From a virus, in the IMG/VR virus record IMGVR_UViG_3300049734_000491, positions 32,001 to 96,000 of that record: DNA of 64,000 nucleotides; one strand, 5' to 3'. This document shows positions 54,824 through 64,000 of the stretch, one piece after another (positions within the stretch are counted from its first letter, which is position 1; the number at the start of each line of letters is the position of its first letter). The notes beneath the pieces were generated by a model, which did no database searches, was not told the DNA's origin, and worked only from the letters and a program-made list of their open reading frames with translations. Made by a program: the position numbers and the translations under genes.

Positions 54824-55761
54824 AGCTCAACTCCCGCACGACGGAGTTGGGCCCGCAGGTTCTTGATCGACCGGTGGTCCGAAGGCGTGCTCGGTCCGAT
54901 CAACGTCCTCGTGCCGTTCCCGTTCTGAGGGATCATCTTGACGTGTCCACCGCCGGAGCGCTCCAGCGTGTAGCCCTGCGCCGCCACGGTGCCGTACAGG
55001 TTCCGCAGGTCCTTGTCGGTGACCGACGAGGGGACCGCTGAGAGCCTCGGCTTGACCGTCTTGTCCTTCTTCTCGGTTCCGTCCGAGTCCCCGTCCATCT
55101 CGGGCAGGAGATCCATGACGATGGGGTCGTCGTCAGTGGTCTCCTGCAGCAGGCTCTCGATCCGGTCGATCTTCTCGGTCATCTCCAGCCACGCTGCGAA
55201 GGTCTCCGAGACGAAGTTCTGGAGCTGGTCGGTCATCTGCCGGTAGCCCTCGATCAGGACTGCGATCTGGCTGGGCTCGAGCGCAGCCGGCGGAGGAAGC
55301 TCGCTGAGGTCAGCCAGGATTTGAGCGGCTCGGCTGGCTGGCAGTTCCACGCTCACCCTGACCAACGGCTCATTGCTCAGATCGACGGGCTTGATGTCCG
55401 GGACCGACGGGAGTTCGGCAGCCGAAGGAATCTCAGCCACCTTTTCAGGTTCCGTTGACACTTCTGGCTCCAACGCTCCTTGAACCTCGTGGGGAGATCC
55501 AAGCTCTTCTCGGGTCGCAGGAGCCAAGTCGATCCTGGTCGAGATTCGGGATGACTTGCGCTCCACCACGACCCGACCACTCTTCTCGAGGTTCTTGACG
55601 TGGAAGAACCACGAGGCGTTGGAGACCTTGTACTCGGGATGCTCGTCCAGCATCTGCTGGGAGATCTCCCACGCCTTCTTGATGGCGTTGGCTCTGGTTG
55701 GTCGATGGTCCTTGATGGGTCCGTGTTCCCGTAGGAAGTCGATGAGTGTGTCTTGATTCAT
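54820..55761 (-). CDS. Putative winged-helix protein with C-terminal HicA-like domain
   Basis: AAGGA RBS; C-terminus QGYTLERSGGGHVKM...STPSDHRSIKNLRAQLRRAG. Confidence 0.65.
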   Translation of the reverse strand: MNQDTLIDFLREHGPIKDHRPTRANAIKKAWEISQQMLDEHPEYKVSNASWFFHVKNLEKSGRVVVERKSSRISTRIDLAPATREELGSPHEVQGALEPEVSTEPEKVAEIPSAAELPSVPDIKPVDLSNEPLVRVSVELPASRAAQILADLSELPPPAALEPSQIAVLIEGYRQMTDQLQNFVSETFAAWLEMTEKIDRIESLLQETTDDDPIVMDLLPEMDGDSDGTEKKDKTVKPRLSAVPSSVTDKDLRNLYGTVAAQGYTLERSGGGHVKMIPQNGNGTRTLIGPSTPSDHRSIKNLRAQLRRAGVEL

Positions 55762-55810
55762 GGTTTTGTTCCTTGTCGTCGTCTGTGTCGGGGTCTGGTG
55801 AATGCTGCTG

Positions 55811-56122
55811 TCAGGCTGCTGGCAGGTTGGTGAGCCACTCCTGAGCCGTGATCAGGTTCCCCTTCCACAGGACGTCTGCGCGCCCCATCGAAGAGGTCTC
55901 ACCGTCAGGATCAAGTCGTTCAACCAGTTGACGGGTTACGGTGACCAGAACCTGCTCGCGCTGCTTCTCGGTCCGGGTCAGGAGACCCGAGGTCTCGCCC
56001 AACCGCATCGCTCTCTGAATGGCCGTGGTGATGTTTTCGTTCTCACCCTCGACCACACGCGTCACGAGCGACGGTGGGTCATCCGGATTCATGGCCGGCA
56101 CCATCAGTGTGATCGCCATCAT
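55811..56122 (-). CDS. Hypothetical protein (~103 aa)
   Basis: AAGGAG RBS before ATG 56122. Confidence 0.6.
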   Translation of the reverse strand: MMAITLMVPAMNPDDPPSLVTRVVEGENENITTAIQRAMRLGETSGLLTRTEKQREQVLVTVTRQLVERLDPDGETSSMGRADVLWKGNLITAQEWLTNLPAA

Positions 56123-56145
56123 GTTGTCGTTGTTCTCCTTGGTAA

Positions 56146-56538
56146 TTACGAACGCCCAGGTGCGTCGAGGAACGCCCTGAGCCTGTGCCAACACTCTACT
56201 TCCACAGATGAGTTGACCCAACCGACGCCTGAGAAGAGGTCCTCGAGGTGGCGGGCGTGGGAAGTAGGCACGCCCCAGACGAAGCTCGGCTGGGTCGGTG
56301 TGATGGGCGTACTCCCCACACCCGCGCTCGGGTCCCGCGCCAGATCCTCACGATGCTGGATCACATCACGGATGGTGAGGTTCAGGAGCCGGTGGACGTG
56401 ATGATCGCGGTAGCCGGCGATGAAGAGGTTGTTGGTCCAGATGACCTCGTCGACAGCGAGATCACCGAACCGCCGAAACTGACCACCGATCCCCAGCTCG
56501 GTCACTTCAGGCACTCGCCCGTCGCAGGTCGACATCAA
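56146..56538 (-). CDS. Hypothetical protein (~130 aa)
   Basis: Operon packing on the - strand. Confidence 0.5.
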   Translation of the reverse strand: MMSTCDGRVPEVTELGIGGQFRRFGDLAVDEVIWTNNLFIAGYRDHHVHRLLNLTIRDVIQHREDLARDPSAGVGSTPITPTQPSFVWGVPTSHARHLEDLFSGVGWVNSSVEVECWHRLRAFLDAPGRS

Positions 56539-56815
56539 GATCGGGATAGACAGCCAGCACCTCTTGGCGGGCGTCCTCCACCATCTCTGCCCAGAGTTCG
56601 GGATCGTTCTGCTTGATCCACCGAACAGCTGCAGTCGTCGCCTTCCGCTGGCTGAGCTGGCTCAGACGGGTACGGCCACGCTTGTTGGCCCGAACCTCCG
56701 CCATCTTGGCGGAAGCAGCTGCTGTGCAATCTTCGCAACGGCACTTCCACCTCTGGTACGTCGACGCGGAGATGGGCAGGTCTGGCGATACGTGCACTAC
56801 CTGGGCCGTTGACAC
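56507..56815 (-). CDS. Small phage protein with Y..W.CRC..C motif
   Basis: AAAGG RBS before GTG; STYQRWKCRCEDC. Confidence 0.6.
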   Translation of the reverse strand: MSTAQVVHVSPDLPISASTYQRWKCRCEDCTAAASAKMAEVRANKRGRTRLSQLSQRKATTAAVRWIKQNDPELWAEMVEDARQEVLAVYPDLDVDLRRASA

Positions 56816-56957
56816 AGCTGTACCTTTGGTCGTGTTCGTGCGTACGGTTCCGAACCTCTCGGACACGTACCCACTACAAGAGTAAGGCATCCACGAACTG
56901 TCTCAAAGAATTTCATGCACGAAGTTCACACGGTGTTCACAGGATCACTACCAGCGG

Positions 56958-57278
56958 TTAGTCGCTGAGTAGATCAACCATCTCGCGAGTGGCCTCGTGG
57001 CAGTCCCGACACCGGCAGCCGAGGAAGAAGGCGTCCCAGTGCGGAGGCCCGAACTCGATGATGTGCCGGAGCGAAGTCACCCGCCGACGTGACGACGGAC
57101 TCCAGCAATCGTCCACGGTGGTTCCGCAGATGCTGCACTGACCTTTCGACCTTCGCTGGGCTAGCACCAGCTCTTGGATCTCTGGTTCGGCATCGTTCAT
57201 GAGCTCGGTGAGGCACAGGCAGCAGATTCTCAACGGCTGATGTTTCAGCCGAGAGAGCCGATGGACTCTGAACGGCAT
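56958..57278 (-). CDS. Cys-rich Zn-binding protein
   Basis: CCLC, CSIC, GCRCRDC. Confidence 0.55.
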   Translation of the reverse strand: MPFRVHRLSRLKHQPLRICCLCLTELMNDAEPEIQELVLAQRRSKGQCSICGTTVDDCWSPSSRRRVTSLRHIIEFGPPHWDAFFLGCRCRDCHEATREMVDLLSD

Positions 57279-57289
57279 GACCGATGAGG

Positions 57290-59116
57290 TCAGTCAGCCA
57301 GGAGTTCGGCGAACTCTTCGTCCCGGAGAACCTCTTGGGCCCGTCGGGACTTGTCGAACAGCATACGCAGTTGCTTCTGCTCCACAGAGTCCTCCACGAG
57401 GTAGTCGATGTACCGGATGTGCTCGTGGATCTCCGATCCGATCCGAAGATTCCGAGCCTGGACCTGCCAGTGAACGACCGATGACCACGGCCTTACGAGC
57501 CTCACCATCGTATCGGCTGCGGTGAGGGTGATGCCCTCGGAACCGGCCCTCGTGATGACGATCATCTTGTACTCGCCGGACTGGAACTCGTCGATCACCT
57601 TCTGCCGATCGTCACCCGTCACGTCCCCGTTGATGTAGCCGTGGGGAATGTCGTCGGCGGTCAGGGCGGCATCCAACAGGTTCGCCACCTGACGGCTGTC
57701 GGAGAACACGATGAGGCCGGCAGCGCTGTCGTAGTCGCCCGACTCGTAGTCCTCGAGGAACGCCTCGACCTTGAACGACGACGTCATCTGGAGCCGGACC
57801 GACACCTCGCCGGTCTCGGGGTCGGTGTCCTCCTCCACCGTGCCCGTGCCGTTGGCCAGCTGGATGAGCCGGTTGGCCGCCTCCATGCGGGTGGCCGAGG
57901 TGAGCGTGCCCTCGCCCCCCGACTCGGCCATGTTGGCGATCAGCTTGCGCTTCATGTCCTTGTAGACCTTGCGAGCCTGCGCCGGCATCTCGACCCAGCG
58001 CTCCTCGAAAGAGTGCTCGGGCAGGAACGGAGCCACCATCTTGGTGGTGAGCCGCCTCGAGTAGGCGTCGATGATCGTCAGGAACTCGTCCTTGTGGATC
58101 GGGTTGAGTCCGTCGATCGTGCGGCCTCCCCAAACGTTTTCACCTACCAAGAGGAACCGATCCAGGTACTGAGTTTTGCGGGTGAAGGCCTCGGGGTCGA
58201 TGAAGTAGAGCACCGACCACAGATCCTCGGGCGTGTCCTGGATGGGCGTGCCGGTCAGACCGATCCGGTACGGAGCTGAGCCGGCCGCGGCCCACAGCGC
58301 TCGGGTGGTCTGGGACTTCGGGGTCTTGGCTCGATGGACCTCATCGGCGATCACCGTGCGGAAGTCGATCTGCTGGAGCTCCTTGGGCTCCTTCTGCTTG
58401 TCCGTGAGCTTGGTCGAGCCGAACGGGGCGAGCCGGCTGTGTCCAGCCAACCCTCCGTAGCCGATCACGTACACGTCGGCGCCCGGATCCAAGGCCTTGC
58501 GGCGGTTGGTGGGGGTGCCCTGCACGACCCTGATGTCGGCTGACGGCAGCCACTTCTCGAGCTCCCGCCGCCAGTTGATCACTACCGACTTCGGACAGAC
58601 GATCAGTGCAGGAAATGGATCATCAAGTGACAGCATCCCGGCGATGGCCGTGCGGGTCTTCCCTGCTCCGGTCTCGTCGTACAGCATGAACCGCCCGTTG
58701 GAGCCGTAGATCATCTGGGCCCCGACCTTCTGGGCCGACAGCAGGTGGATCCACTGGTGCTCGTGGTCGGGATCGTTCAGCAAGCCGACCTGGCTGGCCC
58801 AGAAGTCCGAGCTGGAATCCTCCAGCGAGGTTCGCAGCTCAGTCATCCTCTCGATGCGAGCCTTCTCGGCGTACGCCCACTTGGTCAGGTGGGGCCCGAT
58901 CGAGAGTTGCTCACCGAGCTCGGCCCGTAGCGCCAGACAGGTCTGCCAGCGGAGGGGGAACACCCACAGCCGGCTTCCGTCGGTCTGCCAGTGGCCCGAG
59001 AGCACCGCCTTCATCGACTCCACGAGCCGGTAGTCCGACTCCACCGAGATCACTCCCGGCCGGTCCTCTCGGATCTCGGCGTAGGCCCGAGCTGTCATCG
59101 TCGTCGTCGTTGTCAT
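57290..59116 (-). CDS. SNF2-family helicase/ATPase
   Basis: DETGAGKT, IVCP, DEVH, LTGTP, GSEGITLT, Q..ARN.RIG. Confidence 0.9.
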   Translation of the reverse strand: MTTTTTMTARAYAEIREDRPGVISVESDYRLVESMKAVLSGHWQTDGSRLWVFPLRWQTCLALRAELGEQLSIGPHLTKWAYAEKARIERMTELRTSLEDSSSDFWASQVGLLNDPDHEHQWIHLLSAQKVGAQMIYGSNGRFMLYDETGAGKTRTAIAGMLSLDDPFPALIVCPKSVVINWRRELEKWLPSADIRVVQGTPTNRRKALDPGADVYVIGYGGLAGHSRLAPFGSTKLTDKQKEPKELQQIDFRTVIADEVHRAKTPKSQTTRALWAAAGSAPYRIGLTGTPIQDTPEDLWSVLYFIDPEAFTRKTQYLDRFLLVGENVWGGRTIDGLNPIHKDEFLTIIDAYSRRLTTKMVAPFLPEHSFEERWVEMPAQARKVYKDMKRKLIANMAESGGEGTLTSATRMEAANRLIQLANGTGTVEEDTDPETGEVSVRLQMTSSFKVEAFLEDYESGDYDSAAGLIVFSDSRQVANLLDAALTADDIPHGYINGDVTGDDRQKVIDEFQSGEYKMIVITRAGSEGITLTAADTMVRLVRPWSSVVHWQVQARNLRIGSEIHEHIRYIDYLVEDSVEQKQLRMLFDKSRRAQEVLRDEEFAELLAD

Positions 59117-59173
59117 CCGGTCAGACTACACTGTCGTGAAGGCGTCGTGATCATTTCAGGTAGGGCTGTCGAC

Positions 59174-59758
59174 ATGTGCAGGGTTGATGGATGTGATCGT
59201 CTACCGAGCGTTCGAGAGATGTGCAGTGCTCACTACGCTCGATGGAGAAAGGGCACAGATCTGACTGTTCCCCTGCGTCGGCACTTCCCATCGGGAGAGG
59301 CTTGGCAGCACTTCCTTGATCACTATATGCAATCGCAAGAAGAGTGTCGGATCTGGCTGTACGGATACAGCATGGGGGGTTATCCAATAGTCGGTGTTCC
59401 AGAGGTGGGTGTGCGTACTGTACACACCCTCGTTTGTGAACTGACTGAAGGACCGAAGCCGTTCAAGAAGGCACATGCTGCACACAGCTGTGGCGTCAAG
59501 TCCTGCTGGAACGCAGCTCACATTCGTTGGGCCACACCAGCAGAGAACTCCGCTGATCGACTTGCTCACGCAAACACTCCTGGCAAGGAGCGGGATCGTA
59601 CTGCCAACCTCAAGCTGATGCCTGATCAGGTCCGCAGGATTCGGAACTCGTATGCCGAAGGTTCGATCACTCAGAGGGAGCTGGGAGAACATTTTGGTGT
59701 GAGCCAAGACACCATTAGCCGCATCGTGAATCGGAAGACTTGGGACTGGCTGGATTGA
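59174..59758 (+). CDS. HNH endonuclease with C-terminal HTH (paralog of 31045-31647)
   Basis: CRVDGC..MCSAHY, ECRIW, AAHSCG..CWNAAHIRWAT.AEN, QRELGEHFGVSQDTIS; antisense insertion. Confidence 0.85.
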   Translation: MCRVDGCDRLPSVREMCSAHYARWRKGTDLTVPLRRHFPSGEAWQHFLDHYMQSQEECRIWLYGYSMGGYPIVGVPEVGVRTVHTLVCELTEGPKPFKKAHAAHSCGVKSCWNAAHIRWATPAENSADRLAHANTPGKERDRTANLKLMPDQVRRIRNSYAEGSITQRELGEHFGVSQDTISRIVNRKTWDWLD

Positions 59759-59761
59759 TCA

Positions 59762-60184
59762 TCATACACGGCGTGTAAGGGTTCGTAAGTAGAGGAGAGC
59801 ATGTCGTGCAGCATCACGAGCGTGCTCACCCTTGACGTAGGCACCTAGATCCTTGAGGTTCTCGTTTCCGAAGGCCGCCTTGGCATCGGCCGGCGACTGC
59901 ATCCGGATCGGGATCTCCCGATTGACCCCGATGCACAGTGCCGCCCCGATCACGTACACGGCGTCGTACTGGCTGGACAGCTTCGTGGTGCGGGGAGTGA
60001 ACACGAATCGCTCGATCCCGATGCCTTCCACGGTCAGCATCACGGCTGAGTCGTAGAGCCACCGCATCGCTGCCTCGAGAGCGAGCTCAAGACTGTCGAC
60101 GACCTCAACCGTCTTGTTGTAGCTGTCCCACTCGAGGACGGCCAGTCCCGTAGTTCCGCCTGGGTCGACCCCGAGGACTCTCAT
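59762..60184 (-). CDS. RuvC-like Holliday junction resolvase
   Basis: VLGVDPGGTTG, GIERF, HARDAARH. Confidence 0.85.
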   Translation of the reverse strand: MRVLGVDPGGTTGLAVLEWDSYNKTVEVVDSLELALEAAMRWLYDSAVMLTVEGIGIERFVFTPRTTKLSSQYDAVYVIGAALCIGVNREIPIRMQSPADAKAAFGNENLKDLGAYVKGEHARDAARHALLYLRTLTRRV

Positions 60185-60202
60185 TTGATCAACCCTCCAC
60201 GA

Positions 60203-62296
60203 TCAGATCCATGCTGAACCATCCCACACCTTCGCCGAGCCGAGTACCCACGCAGCACCATCCCACACCTTCGGGTTGCCATCGACCCACGTCGAGCCAT
60301 CCCACACCTTCAACCCGCTGGCCGGCGGTGCCGGCCCGCTCACGGTGAATGCCTGGGCGAACGAGACGACCGGACCGGTCACGGTGCAGGCGAGTTGGAG
60401 CTCGTAGGTCCCGGGTGCCTTGTACCGGTACTGACCTCTCACCGACCTGATCGGCAGGCTGGTCCCAGCCGGCAGCCACCACGTCGAGATGACCGCGTCG
60501 TCACCGGTCTGCTGGCTGATCGCCTGGAGCTGGTTCCCGCTGGCATGACCACCGAAGATGAGGCTGTTCGTAGCGGTCGTCGTGATCGGTCCCGACGTGT
60601 ACGTCACCGGGGCGCTGCCGTTGCCGTAGTTGTTCACGACGCCGTGCGATGGGGTGATGTCATCGCTGAACGACGAGATCGTGATGCTCCACCGTGTTGC
60701 CGCCGCGGATGCCGTGAAGGTGATGAGGTCACCGCCCACCAGCGCGGTCGTCACCTTGGTGTGGATGAGCCACCCGGCGACACCCGGGCTGGCCGAGGTG
60801 TTGAACCCTGACTGGAGCGTCGTCCATGTGTTGCCACGAGGATCGGTGGCCGTCATGGTGGTCGCCGCGACGTGGGTCGTCCCGACGAGTGCCATGAGCG
60901 AGGTACCGACCGGGTAGCCCTCGGGCGGGACCTCCACCGTCAACGAGGTCACTGATGCCGTGGTGGTGTTCCCGGTCGTCCGGAGATACCCGTCGAACTT
61001 CTCCTCGAAGTTGAGTCGTGCGATCTCAGCAGACCAGCTGCTCGTAGCGAGGGAGTTGTTCGTCATCGAACGACTCGTCATCGTGGTCGACACGTTCCTG
61101 ATGCCGTCAGCGATGAAGACCGGACCAACGTCGTACCGCTCGGTGAACACAGGATCGGTTCCACCCGGCGGTACTCGGTCGATCCCGGCATCGGCCCAGT
61201 CCAACCCTGCCCACAGGAGAAGCTGACCGGCTGAAACCACGCCGGTCGGACTCACCGTCGAGGTCGTGCCGGTTCCCGCCGCGGTCTGCATCTGGTTGTA
61301 GGTGGAACTGGGATCAACTCCCGTGTAGTGCAGCATCACCGCCTGCGTGTCGGACGATGCGTGGGTGATCGTGAGGGTCGCTGGTTCGTTGAGGGCTGTC
61401 CTGTTGTAAAGACGAAGCTCGGCGTTGACCCCGCTCAAGGAGATGTCGAGCGCTGACCCGTTCTGTGCCCAGCCGATCGGAACGGACGGATTGACCGCCT
61501 CAGTCGGGTTACGGGTCAGGAGATACAGAACCAGCCCGTCACCGTTGGCGATGCCGGTCGGGATGTCGATGGTCGTGTTCGTACGAGTGGCGAGCGGCAC
61601 CGTGGTCATCGACTGGAAGGTGACCGGCACCGGGGACGAGTTGTACGTCCGGACCTGAAGGTTGGAACCTGCTCCGACGAAGAACCCGGGAGCGTCTGCC
61701 GTCGCCGCCAACGTGGTGTTCGCCATCGCCACGACGTACTGGAACTCCACCTGAACGGCGATGTCGTTGGTCCCAGCAGTGGTCGCCACCTTCCCGGTGT
61801 CGATCCACGGCGCCGGGATGGTCAGGGTTCGGGCAGCATCGAAGAACCCGAACGAGCCAACGACGATGTTCGACGGGATTGATCCGCCCCACGCAACCGG
61901 GAGACCAAGGTTGGTGACTGCCGTCTCGCTGTAGTCACTCGCCGTCACGCCGAGGGCGGTGATGTTGTCCTCGGCCGAGAAAGCGAGAACTGACGCCGCC
62001 ATCCGTGCCGATGCTGTCGAGGTGCTGAAGGTGATCACGTCCCCAGCGTTGAGCGCCGTCGTGATCTTGGTACCGAGCTGGCGCATCGCCATCCCACCGG
62101 AGTACGCCTGACCGGTGTAGTCGCTCCACACGTTGCTGCCCGGATCGGAGCCGCTGACCAGCACGGTCGATCCATGAGCGGTGGCAACACTCGCGATGAG
62201 CTGGGTTCCCTCCGGGTATCCGCCGGCCGGAACCGTGGCAGTGACCGACGTCCCGCTGACGTTGGAGATGCCGGAGAACTGCCCGAGGAAGGCCAT
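60203..62296 (-). CDS. Tail-fibre or adhesin-like protein (~697 aa) sharing modules with 36736-41817
   Basis: B-A-B module order; C-terminal triple KVWDG..W repeat. Confidence 0.75.
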   Translation of the reverse strand: MAFLGQFSGISNVSGTSVTATVPAGGYPEGTQLIASVATAHGSTVLVSGSDPGSNVWSDYTGQAYSGGMAMRQLGTKITTALNAGDVITFSTSTASARMAASVLAFSAEDNITALGVTASDYSETAVTNLGLPVAWGGSIPSNIVVGSFGFFDAARTLTIPAPWIDTGKVATTAGTNDIAVQVEFQYVVAMANTTLAATADAPGFFVGAGSNLQVRTYNSSPVPVTFQSMTTVPLATRTNTTIDIPTGIANGDGLVLYLLTRNPTEAVNPSVPIGWAQNGSALDISLSGVNAELRLYNRTALNEPATLTITHASSDTQAVMLHYTGVDPSSTYNQMQTAAGTGTTSTVSPTGVVSAGQLLLWAGLDWADAGIDRVPPGGTDPVFTERYDVGPVFIADGIRNVSTTMTSRSMTNNSLATSSWSAEIARLNFEEKFDGYLRTTGNTTTASVTSLTVEVPPEGYPVGTSLMALVGTTHVAATTMTATDPRGNTWTTLQSGFNTSASPGVAGWLIHTKVTTALVGGDLITFTASAAATRWSITISSFSDDITPSHGVVNNYGNGSAPVTYTSGPITTTATNSLIFGGHASGNQLQAISQQTGDDAVISTWWLPAGTSLPIRSVRGQYRYKAPGTYELQLACTVTGPVVSFAQAFTVSGPAPPASGLKVWDGSTWVDGNPKVWDGAAWVLGSAKVWDGSAWI

Positions 62297-62297
62297 C

Positions 62298-63014
62298 TCA
62301 AAGGTTGGTGTCCACCCAGACCGTGCCGACCGAAGGTGATGCTGGGGGAGTGTTACCTGAGTACACCGGAACACCTTCTGGTGGGATCGAATCAATGACG
62401 AGATCTTGACCGTTGTTCTGCACCGACATCGTGGTGCCGGGCGGGAACATGATCCGACTGAACCCGTGGCCCAGTGCCATCGAACCACCGGTGACACCCC
62501 AGTAGAGCTCACGCTGGTTGAACGTCCCGAGGACGGCCCAGCCAGCTGCTGGATCCCAGGCGTAGTAGTGGCGATCCGCGTCGAGAGAGTTGATGACGTA
62601 GGCGATGTCCCCAGGATTGCCCGGTAACGGTAGGTCTTCATCTTCGGTGTAGACGGGAACTGATCCCGCTGATGGAGGATCTCCCCACGAAGTGTCGTAG
62701 TCGGTGCCGCTCGTCTTGGTCAGAACCTGGCCAGCGGTTCCTCCGGTTGCGACACCGGGGCCGGCTGGGCCTTGAGCTCCGTCCTCACCCGGAAGTCCGG
62801 GTGGGCCCTCTGGTCCGGGCACGGTCGAATCGGCACCGGGCGGACCCTGTGATCCGGGATCACCTTGTGGACCTGCTGGTCCTTCCGGACCGGGCACAGT
62901 CGAGTCAGCACCGGGAGGTCCTGGATCACCTTGCGGGCCCGGCGGCCCAGTTGGACCTGTGCCACCTTGAACTGGCTGCCAGGTCCCACCGACGTTGGCG
63001 TAGAGGACTCCCAT
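62298..63014 (-). CDS. Collagen-like tail fibre protein
   Basis: GXY repeats ([14 protein letters not shown] twice), [18 protein letters not shown]. Confidence 0.8.
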   Translation of the reverse strand: MGVLYANVGGTWQPVQGGTGPTGPPGPQGDPGPPGADSTVPGPEGPAGPQGDPGSQGPPGADSTVPGPEGPPGLPGEDGAQGPAGPGVATGGTAGQVLTKTSGTDYDTSWGDPPSAGSVPVYTEDEDLPLPGNPGDIAYVINSLDADRHYYAWDPAAGWAVLGTFNQRELYWGVTGGSMALGHGFSRIMFPPGTTMSVQNNGQDLVIDSIPPEGVPVYSGNTPPASPSVGTVWVDTNL

Positions 63015-63035
63015 GTCAGCTCCCGAGAACTTGCG

Positions 63036-63344
63036 TCAGGCCTCTGGTTCCGGCGGCCAGTGGGCGACGATGGCCGCGGTGATGTTGCCATCGGAGATCA
63101 CGCCCTCGTCACCACCTGGGTTCGGGTTGTCCTGATCGACGGCGTAGGCGTATTCCGTCTCGTAGTCGATGGCGACCGGCCAGCTGAACCACGTGATGGC
63201 GTTGCCCGGACCCTCACGGAGCTGGCGAGCTCGTTCGGTGTCCTTGAGGGTGGCGTTCTCTTGCGCCTCTCGCTGGGCGGCAGCCACGATCCGGTCGATC
63301 AGGGCTTGGTCCTGCGTGGCGGCGTACATGGTCGTATGGCTCAT
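63036..63344 (-). CDS. Small fibre-associated phage protein (~102 aa)
   Basis: AGGAGG RBS; ..NPGGDEGVISDGNI.AAI..HWP. Confidence 0.65.
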   Translation of the reverse strand: MSHTTMYAATQDQALIDRIVAAAQREAQENATLKDTERARQLREGPGNAITWFSWPVAIDYETEYAYAVDQDNPNPGGDEGVISDGNITAAIVAHWPPEPEA

Positions 63345-63358
63345 TGGTGTGATTCCTC

Positions 63359-64000
63359 CTACGTCGACAGGTAGACACCGTTCCACTGGGTCAGCTGTTT
63401 CCCACCAGTGACGGTCTTGGATGCTCCCGGCGCAGCCACAAACAATTTGATGTTCCAAGTTGAACCTGCAGTCACCGGAACTGCTGTGCACAGCGTCATG
63501 CTGTGGTTCGGATTGTTGTTGGAGTTGGCGCCACCCACAGCACTCCCACGGAAGACATCTCCTCCTGCCGTGTGTAGACCGAAAGCTAGGTCGTAGAAAG
63601 CAGCCGTACCGGTCATTCGGAAGTCGAGCATGGCGCTGAACAGAACGACACCAGCCACGGGAGCGGTGAACGTCGTTGACGTTGCCAGCATGTTGTACGG
63701 ATCATCACGTGCATCCCACTGAATGTCGTTCCAGACGCTGTCAGGACCGATGCCGTAGTTCGCGGTCCGCCATGTCTGGAATCGGCGACGTGTCTCCCCC
63801 GATGATCCCCAGCCTTCGGCACGGTACATCTGCAACGTCGGTGGGTCCCCCACGACAGCCAACTGACCGAGTACCGGTGCTGGGATCGCAGCATCTCGAG
63901 CTGCGGCCGTGGCGAACTTCGGGACGTGATCCGTGTACTTGGTGTCGTGGTCGAAGTAGACCAGCGTGTCGGAACCAAGCGTGATGTCGTTGCCGGCGTT
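63359..64000 (-). CDS. Tail-fibre-like protein with C1q-like C-terminus, 5'-truncated by the window
   Basis: Frame open to the window end; FATAAARDAAIPAP..GQLA; FTAPVAGV..FSA. Confidence 0.7.
   Translation of the reverse strand, partial: NAGNDITLGSDTLVYFDHDTKYTDHVPKFATAAARDAAIPAPVLGQLAVVGDPPTLQMYRAEGWGSSGETRRRFQTWRTANYGIGPDSVWNDIQWDARDDPYNMLATSTTFTAPVAGVVLFSAMLDFRMTGTAAFYDLAFGLHTAGGDVFRGSAVGGANSNNNPNHSMTLCTAVPVTAGSTWNIKLFVAAPGASKTVTGGKQLTQWNGVYLST

Noticed and set aside
36736-62296. Invertible tail-fibre cassette between the paralogous module genes
   Set aside because: The copies look diverged at DNA level in the spots compared, and no invertase or inverted recombination sites were seen.
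1-64000. Genome-wide TAG reassignment, tRNA genes, integrase, terminase/portal, or reverse transcriptase/DGR
   Set aside because: Many well-packed genes end in TAG, and none of the other elements was recognisable in this window by eye.

Overview
This is a 64-kb segment of a high-GC tailed phage genome. It is siphovirus-like, and the protein families and leaderless promoters point to an actinobacterial host. The + strand from 1 to 47.7 kb holds two giant polyvalent-type proteins (a zincin domain in one; HipA-like kinase and possible ART domains in the other), the capsid protease, a G-rich non-coding island, and the capsid, tail, tape-measure, tail-tip and fibre genes. The 47.9-64 kb region is mostly - strand: C5 DNA methyltransferase, SNF2 helicase, RuvC-like resolvase, a HicA-like fusion and a second set of tail-fibre-like genes, plus a small + strand lysis cassette. 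Five free-standing HNH endonucleases are scattered through the window. The main find is a TIGR-Tas-like RNA-guided locus at about 50.07-51.78 kb (- strand). It has a nuclease-less IS110/Nop-domain gene followed by five stem-loop units of the form stem-[CCA-like]-N9-CG-ACAG-[CCA-like]-N9-CG-stem. Two more such units sit in-frame inside the gene itself, and one guide may match the promoter/start of a nearby HNH gene. Other oddities are an in-frame amber in the endolysin, a tail-tube module split by an in-frame UGA, and an alternative-frame ORF inside the methyltransferase. All family assignments come from motif recognition by eye; no searches were run.
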